Source: the human T2T-CHM13v2.0 reference genome, Homo sapiens
DNA length: 64,000 bases
Assembly: GCF_009914755.1 (NCBI RefSeq)
Contig: NC_060927.1
Strand: one strand, 5' to 3'
The stretch's first letter is position 1. The number at the start of each line of letters is the position of its first letter. The notes beneath the pieces were generated by a model that worked only from the letters and a program-made list of their open reading frames with translations, was not told the DNA's origin and did not search any database. Below, piece by piece: positions 28,128 through 45,767 of the stretch. The position numbers and the translations under genes are program-made.

Positions 28128-29090
28128 AGGAATAAAAAAATCTAAATAGAATTTTAAATAAAACCTCTCTCTGAATTACTGAGGATTCTTAGAAAAAAAA
28201 AACACTATATTCGTTGTAGTAACAACATATAATAATCAAAGTCTTGAATTGATTTGAGCTCAGTTATGACAATGTGCTACATCCATCCACACACATACAA
28301 AATTAGAAGTGCTTGAAAACCAAGACAAGGAACCCTGTGGTTTTCTGGATCAACACCAGGAACGATCCCCTCCAGCCCTCCCTGGGCTCTGCTTTCTCCC
28401 TTGCCCTCTTTGCTGGTTGAATATTGCTGGCGCCACCCAGTGGCCCCCATGACCCCTGCTTCAGTGCCACAGAAGGCCCAGAAGGCTCAATGCTACCAGC
28501 CCTGCCTTAAGTACCAGGGTGACATGACTGCTCCCTTACTGAGCCAGACCACCTGCCTGGATCTTGACATGCATGGTCTCCTTTCATTCTCACCACAGCC
28601 CAGGACATAGGAGGGTCTGAACCCATTTCACAGATGGGAACAGAGAGGCTTCAAGTTAGGTTGAGATTTTACTTACAGTCCCAAAGCTAGGGCAGCACTG
28701 GGGCTGGGCTTCCAACCCTTCCTCTGACTCAGCTGCACACACCATCCTTACTAAGAGGACAGCAGCCCCTTGCTTGCTTTTGCATTTGCATAACTCTCTG
28801 AACCCAAGCTTATAAATAACCAAGCCACATGTTCTATAGCTATTCCCAAAGACACAGCTTGATTCCAGACAAATAACTAAGATATAATTTTCTGCTCACC
28901 TTCCAACACATCTTGGACTTCAAGAGAGATGATGTCTTTCAAGCACTTACATAAATTCTGGGCTGTGGCAAGGCTCTGATCCTTTTCTTGCCACTTCTTC
29001 AGCATCCTAAACTTGCAGATGGTAACATCTTCTGCCCTCTTCCAGATATCATCAGTTTTGATAACTCCAACTCCAGATTGGCAGTGGCAG

Positions 29091-29373
29091 GTTTTGTTTT
29101 GTTTTGTTTTGTTTTGTTTTGTTTTGTTTGCAATGGCACAATCTCAGCTCACTACAACCTCCGCCTCCCGGGTTCAAGCGATTCTCCTAACTCAACCTCC
29201 CAAATAGCTAGGATTACAGGCGCCTGCCACCATGCCCAGCTAATTTTTGTATTTTTAGTAGAGACAGGGTTTTGCCATATTGGCCAGGCTGGCCTCGAAC
29301 TCCTGACCTCATGATCCGCCCGCCTTGGCCTCCCAAAATGCTGGGATTACAGGAGTGAGCCACCGCACCCAGC
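29091..29373 (-). mobile_element. AluS (Sg-like) with (GTTTT)n tail
   Basis: TSD tggcagtggcag at 29079-29090 and 29374-29385. Confidence 0.93.
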
Positions 29374-30050
29374 TGGCAGTGGCAGTTTTTATCCACTCTT
29401 TCCTCAAGTCGCCAGCAAGGGTAATCAAAAAACTGAGTAACTGTTAAGGGGGTTTCGTCTTTGCTTCATCTAAACACAGATGATGAATTCAGTAGTTCCT
29501 CTGAACATTTCAATCATTAATAGATACTTACAATGAAAATATACTCTCCTTATTAAAAAAAGTATAGCATTAATTGTTACTTCTCTCACTTTTAAAATAT
29601 ATTTAAATGTTCCCCAATCACTGTTTTCCAATCAATTTTAAGGACTAAATGGTACCATTTCATATAACATACCACTGTTAGAGTGTAATGTTCATTCACA
29701 GTGATAGTTCCAATAATAAGACTGTTTTGAAGACAGCACAAATTAGGTTGGAATTTTGAAAAATTCAGACATCAAAAATAATTCAAGTGGCTTAAAAAGA
29801 GAAAGATACAGTTTTGGTCTTACACACCTGTCTTTATCTAAATGTTAGTGGCACACCAAGACACTTAGTGACCTCAGTGACCACTAAGGAGAAAAGCAAG
29901 AGATCTGAGCTCTCATCTCCATTATGCCACTTCCTGGTTTTAGGGGGAAATGCACATTTCAAAAAAAAGCCTCATGGGATGGTAATATCTGTTTTATATC
30001 TGATTTGTAATGTCTGCTAATTTCTTAGAAAGTGTCATACACTTAGAAGG

Positions 30051-31072
30051 TGTGATTTTTGTGAAATATACATTTGGTCTTCCTTATCTTTTCCTGGCAT
30101 AAAGCTCCTAAAATCCTTGGAATCTAAGGAGTGTTTAGAGTGTATACGCTAATTATATAGCATAATTATATATTAGCATATAAAGGAGTGTATGCTAACT
30201 ATATTACTAGATAGCATATATAATATAGCATGTAATTATAGATATATATATTATATTATTATATAACATAATAATATATACTATATAATTAGCATATAAT
30301 CCTTTATATGTTAATGAGGTGACTGGTAGCTGAGGGCCCCTGGATAGCTTCAGGTTAGGAGTGGGTCACAGTAAAAACCAAGGCTGGATTGGAAAGTTAG
30401 GATTTTCAGCTCCACCCCATAACCAGCAGATAGGGAGGAGGGCTGAAAATGGAGTTGATCACTAACGGCCAGTGATGTAATCAATCATGCCTACAAATTA
30501 AAGCTTCTATAAAACCAAAAGGACAGGGTTCAGAGAGGTTCCAGGTTTGCAAATACATCCACATGCTGGGAGTGTGTGCACCCTAACTCCACAGGGACAG
30601 GAGCTCCAGTGCTGGGACCATTCCAGATAGCTCCCTGAGTATCTTTCCATCTGGCTGTTCATCTGCATCCTTTATTATATCTCTAACTAATAAACCAGTA
30701 AATGTAAGTAAAGTATTGCCCTGAGCTCTGTGAGCCACTGTAACAAATTAATTGAACCCCTGGGCAGGGTCTTGGGAGCCCCAATTTGTAGCCAGTGGAT
30801 CAGAAGTTCTGGCAATTCAGTCTTATAACTGGCCTCTGAAGTGGGGGACAGTCTTGTGGGACTGAGCCCTTAACCTGTGGGATCTGACAGTATCTCTAGA
30901 TAGCTAGTGTAAGAGTTGAGTTGAATTAGAGGACACCCAGCTGGTGTGCACTGCAGAATCTGCAGAAAAATTGCTTGCTTGCTTGCTTGCTTGGCATGTG
31001 AGGAGTAGTGTGTGGTGAGTGAGGGTAGGAAAAAACACTTTGGTTTGATTTTTGCACTCTATCTCCTATATC
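30051..31072 (+). mobile_element. MER21-family solo LTR (left-arm copy)
   Basis: tgtgatttttgtgaaatatacatttggtcttcc...gaattagaggacacccagctggtg. Confidence 0.8.
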
Positions 31073-31435
31073 ATGTAGGAGGGCATATATGTCTACCAAT
31101 TCAAATCATTGGCCCCATAAAAATATTAGCCCTCTCATTGAGCTAGTTTTCCTACTTTCACCTTTTTAAAGTGGTTGTGCTATAGTACAGCACAGTTGAC
31201 TAGTGGAGAGTTTCAGTTAAGGATCCTCCAGGCATTTCAAATACTGGAGATAAAGCTAGAAAGAGGTGAGAAGTGACAGGAATCCTTCCCACTCTCCCGC
31301 TAGGACCCAACACCTAAGCTCATCTTCACCATCCACTTATTAACGTGCATTTAACATGTGTACTTGGACTCTTCCCCACTCCACTTTCCTCTCTGACCAC
31401 TTTCTTGATTGAAGAACGGGCTCCAAGGGATGGCC

Positions 31436-31449
31436 CTGCCATCTAGTGG
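31436..31449 (-). promoter_or_regulatory. CTCF core motif CCACTAGATGGCAG (reverse)
   Basis: ctgccatctagtgg matches CCASYAGRKGGCRS; identical in the paralogous arm. Confidence 0.6.
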
Positions 31450-31996
31450 TTTCCTGATACCTGGCAGCTTACTCCTAGCTTTCTAAACCTCTGCCCCATA
31501 AAAGTTGCCCAGAGAGCCTATGAAAAAACCTAAGTTCTCAGGGCCATCTCAAAACCTGTATCAGACTCTAAACTCAACTTTTTAACAAGATCTCCAAGTG
31601 ACTCTGTTAGGGTTGAGGCCTGACTTTTTTTTTTTTTTAAAGCAGTACAGTGAAATACTGAATAAGAAACTACCAGGGAAGTGACTTGATATCTCACAGA
31701 ACATTGCAAAAATATGCAAAGGAAGTCAATCTATTAGTTTGTTGATTTTGATAACACATTGTCATCTCCCAAAAGGTTGGAAGTCCTTCATCTTTCTAAG
31801 TTAGATATGGCTCCAGGAAGACTGATCCAGCAGCATGGGCATTGGATGAATGTCAATGGGGGAGGCCAGGGAAAATGAGAATTCCATCAGAGGGAAGGAG
31901 CAGAAGAGGGGGATTAAACTCGGTTATTATCGGTTACTGGCAGTCGCCACTTGTGCTGCTTTTTGAAATGGTTCAGCTCTAATCATATTGAACTCA

Positions 31997-33700
<1,704 letters not shown>

Positions 33701-34786
33701 CACTTTTTATTTTAAATGTATTCATAGATGTATTCATAGAAATTCCAGCAAAATAATAGTCTCCTACAATATCACTCAGCACGTTGGAAAACACAGTACT
33801 GCAGAAGTTCCCTCTGGACACTTACTTTATTGTGATGCAACACCACGTTCCTTGTTTGAAATTTAGCCCCCTTCTGACAGGTGTCTGCATCTCAGGCAGC
33901 GTTTCCACAGCGCCCTTTAGTGAAGATGCCTTAATAGTGATGCATAGTCTCAATTAGCTATTGCCTTAGGCCTGAAAAAAAGAGCAGAGACCAGAAGCAT
34001 CTTACAATGCAAAATATTATTAAAATAGATTCTAAACAAGTAAACCAGAGGTATTATAAAGTAGCTTTTTAAACAGCCAAGAAACTCAGTGTAGAAGAAC
34101 ATCTGTTATTCTGGGTGCTACCAGTTAAATATCCCTATTACTGAGGCATCTGCAGTGATGAAAAAGTCACACCTTTCAGGTTCATTTATTTGAACATAGC
34201 AATGAATACCACAAAAAACAACCCAATTCCTGACATAGAGAGTCCAAACTACCTCTTTATGCAGCTGTAATTTTAGCTTTGAATAAACTGGCCTGTTTTA
34301 AACTGGCTAATTGAATGGGATAGTATCTAGAGTAAAATTCAGCCACATCCATAGGAGAGGCTTATGCTTAAACTGAGACTGAGAATTCTAAACATGACTG
34401 AGTTCCAAAACAGTTTCCTTTTGAGAGACAAAGACATGACAGGAGACAGACTTCAATGGATGACCTGTGCACAGCACTCATTCTGTGCCAGCATTGGTTG
34501 TTACCAAATCATCTGTCCACATATAACTTGATGGATATAATAGAAACAAGTTGAAAAATGATTCAAAAGTTATTTAAGTGATAAGTAGGTGTACAGAAAA
34601 CAGATCCATGATATCCCAATGTCATTACATTTATGGAGCAAAATAAAAATTCTACATGACAGAAGAAATATAATTTCTTGTCAGCAACATATAGTTTTTT
34701 AAGAGAGAGAAGAAATAAAAGAGTTGGTTAAAACTCCTTTAATGTCCATCTACTAAACTCATCTGTGTGCTTGCTTGCTTGCTTGC

Positions 34787-35427
<641 letters not shown>

Positions 35428-36547
35428 TCAGAATATCATAGTCAACACTGAATTGTGTGTGATACTGAGAAAGAGGTGAAGTATCATAACTGAAAATGCA
35501 AATGATGCAGAAATAACATCTGCTGCAAACTTGTATCAATGGCAGGAGAAACTTCAGTGCCATTTGTAGATGATGACACTATGGCCCTGAGCTCCCACAT
35601 GGAGCCAGTGAATTTCAGTGGTCTCACTTCCATCCCATTCCTACTTTCCCTCTTTACGTTCGAAAATGTGTTTATTATACATGTATCTGTTATTCTAAAA
35701 AATTTCCTTCAAATAGAATAAGAAATCAAACTCAAAACAGCTGCAGGAGATGGAGGTGTATCTGGTGTTTCTCTCCATCTCCCTTCTCCCAGAGGAGGAC
35801 CTCATGACCTGTAGCTCTCTCCAGCTTCTCCCAGGAGAAAGGAGGATATTAAAGGAGTGGTTGCAAGAGGGCTTCCCAGCACCAACATTAAACAAGGGAA
35901 ATGCAGTCCCATGCCAAGGCTGTAATCATACACAGCAGGAGCAACCTGGTGAAGACCAAGCAGGCAGGGTCTGGCAAAGTAGCTAGGCCATCAGGCAGAG
36001 TGCAGATCCACCCCCAGGATACAGAAGAGACCCTGTCACAAGACCCCACATTCACATTAAGACAGCTAAGATGCAGACTTCTGCTGCCTTTGAACCAAAC
36101 CAAACCAAACCAAACCCACTCCCAGCTGAGCACACCCACTATTAGAAGCATCCCCACACTCACTGTGAGCCCCACTGACCTCCAGGGATTTGGGCTGTGG
36201 GTGTCTGTGGAACCCAAGTGGAACCTCTGCTCCAGCAGCTGGGGCTTTGTTTCACTTAATCAAATCTTTAAATGTTATAGAGATGAGACAATTATTATAT
36301 TTGCTTTCTCACCCTTTTCTACCCTCAGTTCCACTCACCCCACCCTGAAAACTAGTTTTTATTCAAGATAAAACTTACATTCTTTGTTTTCTATCCATAC
36401 CATTTCTTCAGAATCCATTTTGGTCAAAAATAATTTAAACTCCACTGGTTGCACCAGACACATTTCAATATAACTTCCCAATTTTAAAACTTTACTATCA
36501 ACAAATTCAATTTTCTTTAGAAAAGGAGATTTTTAAAATTCTACTTA

Positions 36548-36841
36548 GACTGGGCACAGTGGCTCATACCTATAATCCAAGGGGATTTAGGAGGCCAAAA
36601 CAAGTAAATTCCTTGGGCCCAGGAGTTTGACACCAGCCTGGGCAAAATAGTGAGACTCCATGTCTAAAATAAAAAATTTTTTTTTAGTTAGACAAGCAAG
36701 ATGGCACATTCCTGTGGTCCCAGCTACTCAGGAGGCTGAGATTAGAAGGATCGTTTGGGAAGCTGAGGCTGTAGTAAGCCATGATCACAGTATTGCACTT
36801 CAATCTAGGTGACAGAGAAAAACTCTATCTTGAAAAAAAAA
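36548..36841 (+). mobile_element. Diverged AluJ (left arm only)
   Basis: J-type Alu. Confidence 0.85.
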
Positions 36842-37689
36842 GTGTATTAATTAATAAAATACCATATCAATATACGAAATAATGACAATTTAGAAGGGTT
36901 AGTGATTGCTTGGGTGGTAACTGAAACTGACTTTGGAAATCTCACTCTCAAGTCACACACGTGCTTTTCTTTTGCTTTCAGTTCCTCCTTACTCCACCCT
37001 GGTTTTCTACCTCATTGAGGCTTCCAGTCCCTAAACTCTATTTTTCTAAAGACTTATTTTTCAACTCTCTCTCAGTTTCAGTCTTTCATGTTATCAAACT
37101 GCAACACACACTTATCACCCACTGACCATGGTTTCATTGGAGCTTTCCAACCTCCTCATCATTTTTGCTAACTTGAATCATTCTCCAACCTGGAACTGGA
37201 GAACATTTACAGAAATAAGCTAATAGTTTAGTTGTCTCCCCTCACTGAATACCACCTTCCCCCCAGAAAGCCCTCTTATCACTATATTATGGACAGAGAA
37301 CCTCAGAGGAGCTACTCCATTTGCCCAAGTCCTCCTCTAGGAAGGGGTAGAACTGGAATTTGAACCCCACTACATGCACTGGCCCTTGCCTCCCACCTCC
37401 TCGGCTCCTGTCCAGGTTTGACAGCAAGTCTGGAGGAAATACAGGAACAAAGCACTTAACTGCACTGGGCATTGCCATCGCCACCTGATTGCCTTAACCT
37501 GGCTCCTCTCTCTTTCCATTCCTAGTCCTAGAAACTTTTAAAGGATCCTCTGAGTGTCTGACAATCACCAGGGCCCATAGAGCTCAGAAAATGCCCTCCC
37601 ATGACTCCACTTCTGCAAATCCTCCAAAGCTGCTTCTTTGGAATAAGCTACAAGGTTAACAAACTATTGTTTTTTCAGAAATAGGATTA

Positions 37690-38596
<907 letters not shown>

Positions 38597-39057
38597 TCAC
38601 TCATCACTCTGTATTTATTTCCATTCTACAATAAATTCTGGCAAACAAGAGGCTTCTCCATTGTCATTAATTTCTCAGGGGATATCTTAGAAATATCCTA
38701 CAAGTAGAAACAGACTTTGGTTTTGAAATTTGTCAGGAATAACTGTCAGAACTGTAAGAGTCCAAGCAGTGCATGTGGCACCTTACAATTATCTTCATAT
38801 TCTTCTAGAAAACCACAGCAATTAAATAACTTTCACAGAGTCCAAAGAGACATGCCACAGAGGTCAAGGCACCTGTCATCTGACTTCAGGCTCCTGGATC
38901 TCCAAACCTCTTCCTGCGCAAACTCCACAGCCAAAAGAACACAGGTACCCCACGTGGCACAAGCAGCCTTCTTCTAAAAGATTTCAGAAAATTAAATAAG
39001 CACTAGCATCATACCTGTAGGCTAACTACATGCCCTTCATGCAAATACAATCTAACT

Positions 39058-39335
39058 TTATTTTTTTGAGGCAGCATCTCCATCTGTCACCTTGGCTGGA
39101 GTGATGTGGCTCACTGCAGCCTCAGCTTCCTGGGCTCAAGCTATCCTCTCTCTTCAGCTTACCAAATTGTTGGGACTACAGGTGCACACCACCACATCCA
39201 GCTAATTTTTAATTTTTTATAGAGACAGGGTCTTGCTAATTGCCCAGGCTGGTCTTGAACTTCTGGACTCAAGCAATCCTCCCATCTTGGCCTCCCAAAT
39301 TTCTCGGATTACAGGCATAAACCACTCACTCAAAC
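39058..39335 (-). mobile_element. AluJ
   Basis: TSD acaatctaa. Confidence 0.88.
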
Positions 39336-40132
39336 CACAATCTAATTTTTTGCTCTACAGGCTTCCATTCTACTCAGTTACTTTCTACTTAGCACTTTAG
39401 ATGTTTTTATCCTCATTTTTACAACTATCCCTTGATATTTTCTATGTATGTTTCAAAGGCCACAAAGAGGTTAATGTAACCATTCTCCCAGGCTCCCCTG
39501 ATAAAGCTGAACTTTAAATTTAGGTTTTCTGAAGGCCAAGTCCAAGGAAATCTTCTACATAGGAAAAAAACAATCAACCCAAGAAGAAAGGTGTAAAACA
39601 TCAGCCAGGAAGGACGTCCAGCCTTTCCCATGCCATTGTCCCTGTTGTTCTTGGGGGAACCTCCCTCCGCATTAGCAGAATATGATCAGCTATTCTAGCT
39701 TCCCAGGAAGTGTGCATGAGGCCTTTCTAATTAACTTAATGTACTTGTTAAAAACATAAACCCATTAAATGGTACTACTTATTCTGAATTTGTGTTAATT
39801 ACTTAAACTATAGTTCATTAATAAAGACAGTTTATTATAGACCTAATCCTTATTTTTCAACTGCTGTCAATCCCACATTTCAAATCAGAAAGTGGGATTT
39901 GTAGTCACCATTGCATCTGTCTACTTTGCTACTTTCAGTTCACCATCCACGTCTACCCTCATTTTAACTGGACTTACAATAGGTAAAGATGAGAAAGGAG
40001 ATTCAATGCTGAATTACACAAAAGTTTAGAAAAATGGTTTAAACATTGCAGCTTTGTTCTATATTCTAGGAATCTCGTTCCATTATGAATATCCAAACCA
40101 CCTCCCCTCAGGCCATAATGCCTTGCACCTAA

Positions 40133-40503
<371 letters not shown>

Positions 40504-40649
40504 TCCAATTTTCTAAATCTGAAAAATTGCTCTGAAATTAGTTAACCTGGGAGGCCTATCTTATTTGAGGAGCTCTCAACCAAGGAGAAACCTCAAGTCA
40601 CTCTACACTTGATCCTGAGATCTCATATGGCTCCCTAGTGTATTCTAGA

Positions 40650-40825
40650 ACAGTTGCTTCTCAAATTCTGATGTGAACAAGAGTTGCCTTGGAATCCTGC
40701 CTACTGCAGATTACAGTGCTGCAGGTCTGGAGTGGGGCTGAGACTTCGCGTCTTAACAAGCTGCTCTCAGTTGATGCTGATCCTCATGGTACCTTGGTTC
40801 CCAGACCCCATTTTAAGCAGCAAGG
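40650..40825. mobile_element. MER5A-like DNA transposon
   Basis: cagttgcttctcaaa...gcaggtctggagtggggctgagactt...taacaagct...gatgctgat. Confidence 0.7.
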
Positions 40826-41173
40826 CTGCAGAAAATAGATGCCCTAGGTTAAATATGGGGGAGTCCTCTCCATGGCCAGGCCTGGTACCAGCGCCCACAC
40901 CAATTCTGGATAGCTCTTTCCCATCTGTTATCTTCTTTTCACACGTGGAAAAAACCTTGCGCCATGGATCTGAGGATGCAGCACACAATCCTCTGTAGGG
41001 AAGCTCCAAATTAGACCCCTAGTGGAGGAAAATTTAGATCAACAGGGACAGGACCCACCTCAGTGTGGAGTTAGGTTTAACCACAAAGTCTTAGACATTT
41101 ATTATTCATTTCACTTTACTTTGAGGAAGGACTCGTTATTGGTTGCTCTGTACATGTTAAAAGTCAAGGATGG

Positions 41174-41482
<309 letters not shown>

Positions 41483-42046
41483 TCAATGACTTTGCACAGA
41501 ATCAAGGGCCCATAATGGCACACTGTTTCTTTGTTTAAAATATCAGGACCCAGAGGAGAAAGAGAGCTCATGTACCATTTGGCATGGGATACACAGTGAT
41601 CCATAGTACCTTCTAATGTGGATGCAGAACTTTTAACATATAAGACTTTGACATGATGTTGGAATCATGGTCTGTTAAAATATGAAGCTAAATTGGTGTT
41701 CCAGGCATTGTATGGGTTGCATACATATTGGCATGCACACACATACACACAATGCACACACTATTAAACTTCTGGCAAGCAATGACTTTTGACCCAAGCA
41801 GAGAGAATTTGGAAACTGAAAGGAGGCAAGAGAGGGTGAGTCACAGTTAACATCAATCAAAGGTCCAGTGTCAAGCCAGGCTCAACAGCAAAGTCTACAT
41901 ATTTGGCTCCAGGACAAAACATGATACTTGATCTCAACTTCTTTTCTGTTGACCTCAAATAAAGTTTTCAGTTTCCGAACATTGGAATACTCCCTCTGAG
42001 TCTACCAGTCTATGTTGGACAGACAAGAACACCTGTTTAGTTCTAA

Positions 42047-42817
<771 letters not shown>

Positions 42818-43060
42818 TCATTATCCAAGGAAACAATCAAAGTGACTACATAAGATATGTGAACGTGACTTACGCACCTTTGTTTTTCTCCTACTAGAGT
42901 TAGTTTTATGTAAAAACTTAAATGATCAAAGATATTAGGTATCCTGCATTCACAATTACTTACAAAAACTGTGCCTGGGAAAGGAGCCCAGTGATCACTT
43001 GTTCACTGTGTGTGTCTGGGAAAAAGTACATAGATAATATATAAGTACTATATAAATAAA

Positions 43061-43355
43061 TTTTTTTTTTTTTTTGAGATGGAATATCGCTCTGTCACCC
43101 AGGCTGGAGTGCAGTGGCGCGATCTTGGCTCACTGCAAGTTCTGCCTCCCTGGTTCATGCCATTCTCCTGCCTCAGCCTCCTGAGTAGCTGGGACTACAA
43201 GTGCCTGCCACCACGCCCAGCTAATTTTTTGTATTTTTAGTAGAGACGGGGTTTCACCGTGTTAGCCAGGATGGTCTCCATCTCCTGACCTCATGATCCA
43301 CCCACCTTGGCCTCCCAAAGTGCTGGGATTACAAGTGTGAGCCACCACACCCAGC
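43061..43355 (-). mobile_element. AluY
   Basis: ttcatgccattctc, ccgtgttagccaggatgg. Confidence 0.95.
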
Positions 43356-44338
43356 CAATAAATGCTTTCTTAAAGCAATTTACAGAATTCTATTTTATAG
43401 TAAAAATGAATTTTCAGCAGTACAGTGTTCACAGTGAGATTGGATTTTATTAAATTATATATGATAGAAAAAATGTTACTTATATGTATAAAGTAAAATA
43501 AACGTGATTGGCATTTTTAAACAAAATTTTTAAAATAAAGGTATACAATATGCCCAGATTACATAATTCAAAAAGTGCATGCCACTCAACAATGCTGGCA
43601 CTTAAAAGACTATTTTGGAAAATGTAAGGTTATACCTGTGTGACAACGATCTGTGGGCATGGCTTTATCCTCCGACTCTTCAGCTGTGAAAGATGTTGTC
43701 ACTTGTGTATTGGCACAAATCCATCCTGGGTTAGTCGTTGACTACTCCAACACCCACTTCAGGCTTTATAGCCAAGGGCAACTTTAAATAAACATTTAAA
43801 CATCCTAAGTGGTCAATTCAATGACACCCCTCACAGGTCCAATGTATGACAATGCTGTTGAATGTGCCTCTTCATTTCAGCACACTGCCTTCAGGCAGGT
43901 AAGTGTTTTATTAGATCTTTTTCCAGAACTGCAACCACTCCTGCTCTCTCATCACCCTTTAACACAATCCTCACGTCCTCCTCTCGCCGCAAGCACATGG
44001 GAGAATGGGAGGAATTACAGAAAACAGGAAGGCAAGCTCACTGCCTCACAAAAGATTCCTTGGTGGAAGACTTTCCCAGTTCCCTTCCGCAGAAACAATG
44101 AAGGTCTGAGGACATGGGGTTATCATCAATCTCTTCATTACAGTCACTCATCTCAGAGACCAGCATTGCAACTGGAGGGCAGCTGCTCCCATTCGAGAGT
44201 CACCTGGGGCGACCAGGACCCCAGAACTCTGCTAGAGTCTCACAGTGCTCACAATGGCACTTAGCCTTGGCTGCCATCAGCCTTCCAGGCTCCTTATGCA
44301 GTTCAGAAACATGTGTTTGGAAGTAAGAAAGGCACTAG

Positions 44339-44613
44339 GGCCGGGCGTGGTGGCTCACACTTGTAATCCCAACACTTTGGGAGGCTGAGGCAGGTGGATC
44401 ACGAGGTCAGGAGTTCAAGACCAGCCTGGCCAATGTGGTGAAACCCTGTCTGTACTAAAAATGCAAAAATTAGCCGGGTGTGGTGCCGGGCACTTGTAGT
44501 CCCAGCTACTCAAGAGACTGAGGCAGGAGAATCACCTGAACCCAGGAGGCAGAGGTTGCAGTAAACCAAGATCGTGCCACTGCCCTCCAGTCTGGGCAAC
44601 AGGGCAAGACTTC
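44339..44613 (+). mobile_element. AluS
   Basis: Full Alu. Confidence 0.95.
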
Positions 44614-44624
44614 GAAAGAAAGAA

Positions 44625-44692
<68 letters not shown>

Positions 44693-44945
44693 AGGAAGGA
44701 AGGAAGGAAGGAAGGAAGGAAGGAAGGAAGGAAGGCAGGCAAGCAAGCAAGCAAGCGAGAGAGAGAGAAAGAAAGAAACAAACAAAGAAACAAAGAAGAA
44801 AGAAAGAAAGAGAAGAAAGTGAGAAAGAGAAGAAAGAGAGAAAGGAAGGAAGGATGGAAGGAAGGAAGGAGAGAGAGAGAGAAAGAAAGAAGAAGGAAAG
44901 AAAGAAAGAAAGAAAGGAAAGAAGGAGGGAAGGCAGGCAGGCAGG
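44614..44945. repeat. Compound polypurine tract (GAAA)n-(GGAA)10-(GCAA)n
   Basis: Direct inspection; expanded Alu tail. Confidence 0.95.
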
Positions 44946-45019
44946 CACTGACACCTGGTTTCAGGTGACTTTAAAAGGGACCTATTCTGAGAGACTCCGT
45001 TTCACAGGAGCTTCTTTCA

Positions 45020-45670
45020 GTGTGGCCAGGGCCCTCTAGGATCTCATTGCCCTTTCCTCCGTCTCCTCCCAGCCTCCCTGCACTTGCTGTCCTCCAGCCA
45101 TTCCTTGCCATTTCTTTTCAAAGGCACGCTCCTGCCTCAGGGCCTTTGCACTTACTGTCTTCCCCCACAAATAGCCCTGTTGCTCACTCCCCTCATATCC
45201 TCTGGTCTCTGCTCAGATGCTGCCCTATCAGAGAGAATCTCCTGACACAACCACTCTCCCCTTTCCTTTTCTTTCAGGGAATGGGCCACTCCTGGCACCC
45301 TGCACATTTTAGCATTTGTTTCCTGTCTCTCCCCACTAGAATGCAAGCTGCAGAGGAATTGTATCCGTAGCACCTGGTAAGTGCTCAATGACCACTTTTT
45401 CAAGGACCACATTTCCATAATATTAAAATGTATTATGAGAGGGAAGAGCAGTGAATTTTCCTGTTATCTGCACTGGCCACGTGTTGCCTGAGCATGTGCC
45501 TCTATGTGTGTAATTGAGTCTCTCTGTGCCTCACTTTCCTTGTCTGTTAAATGGGAGTTACAATATTATCACCTCCACAAAGTTATGGAAATTAAATCAC
45601 AGGTGGGGATTGTGCCTGGCAGGCAGCAAGCACTCGGTAAGTGTTAGCTATCTGATATTAACTATTATTT
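45020..45670. mobile_element. L2 3' relic (~45020-45390) and MIR (~45470-45670)
   Basis: cctcagggcctttgcacttactgt...cccactagaatgcaagct; tctctgtgcctcactttccttgtctgttaaatggg. Confidence 0.75.
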
Positions 45671-45708
45671 TGCTATGGATATGGGTGTGGACCATGTAAA
45701 AATGCAAG

Positions 45709-45767
45709 GCTTCAAAAGTAGACAACAACCTGCTTCAAAAGTAGACAACAACCTACTTCAAAAGTAG
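45709..45767. repeat. 23-bp tandem repeat, ~2.5 copies
   Basis: gcttcaaaagtagacaacaacct repeated. Confidence 0.9.
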
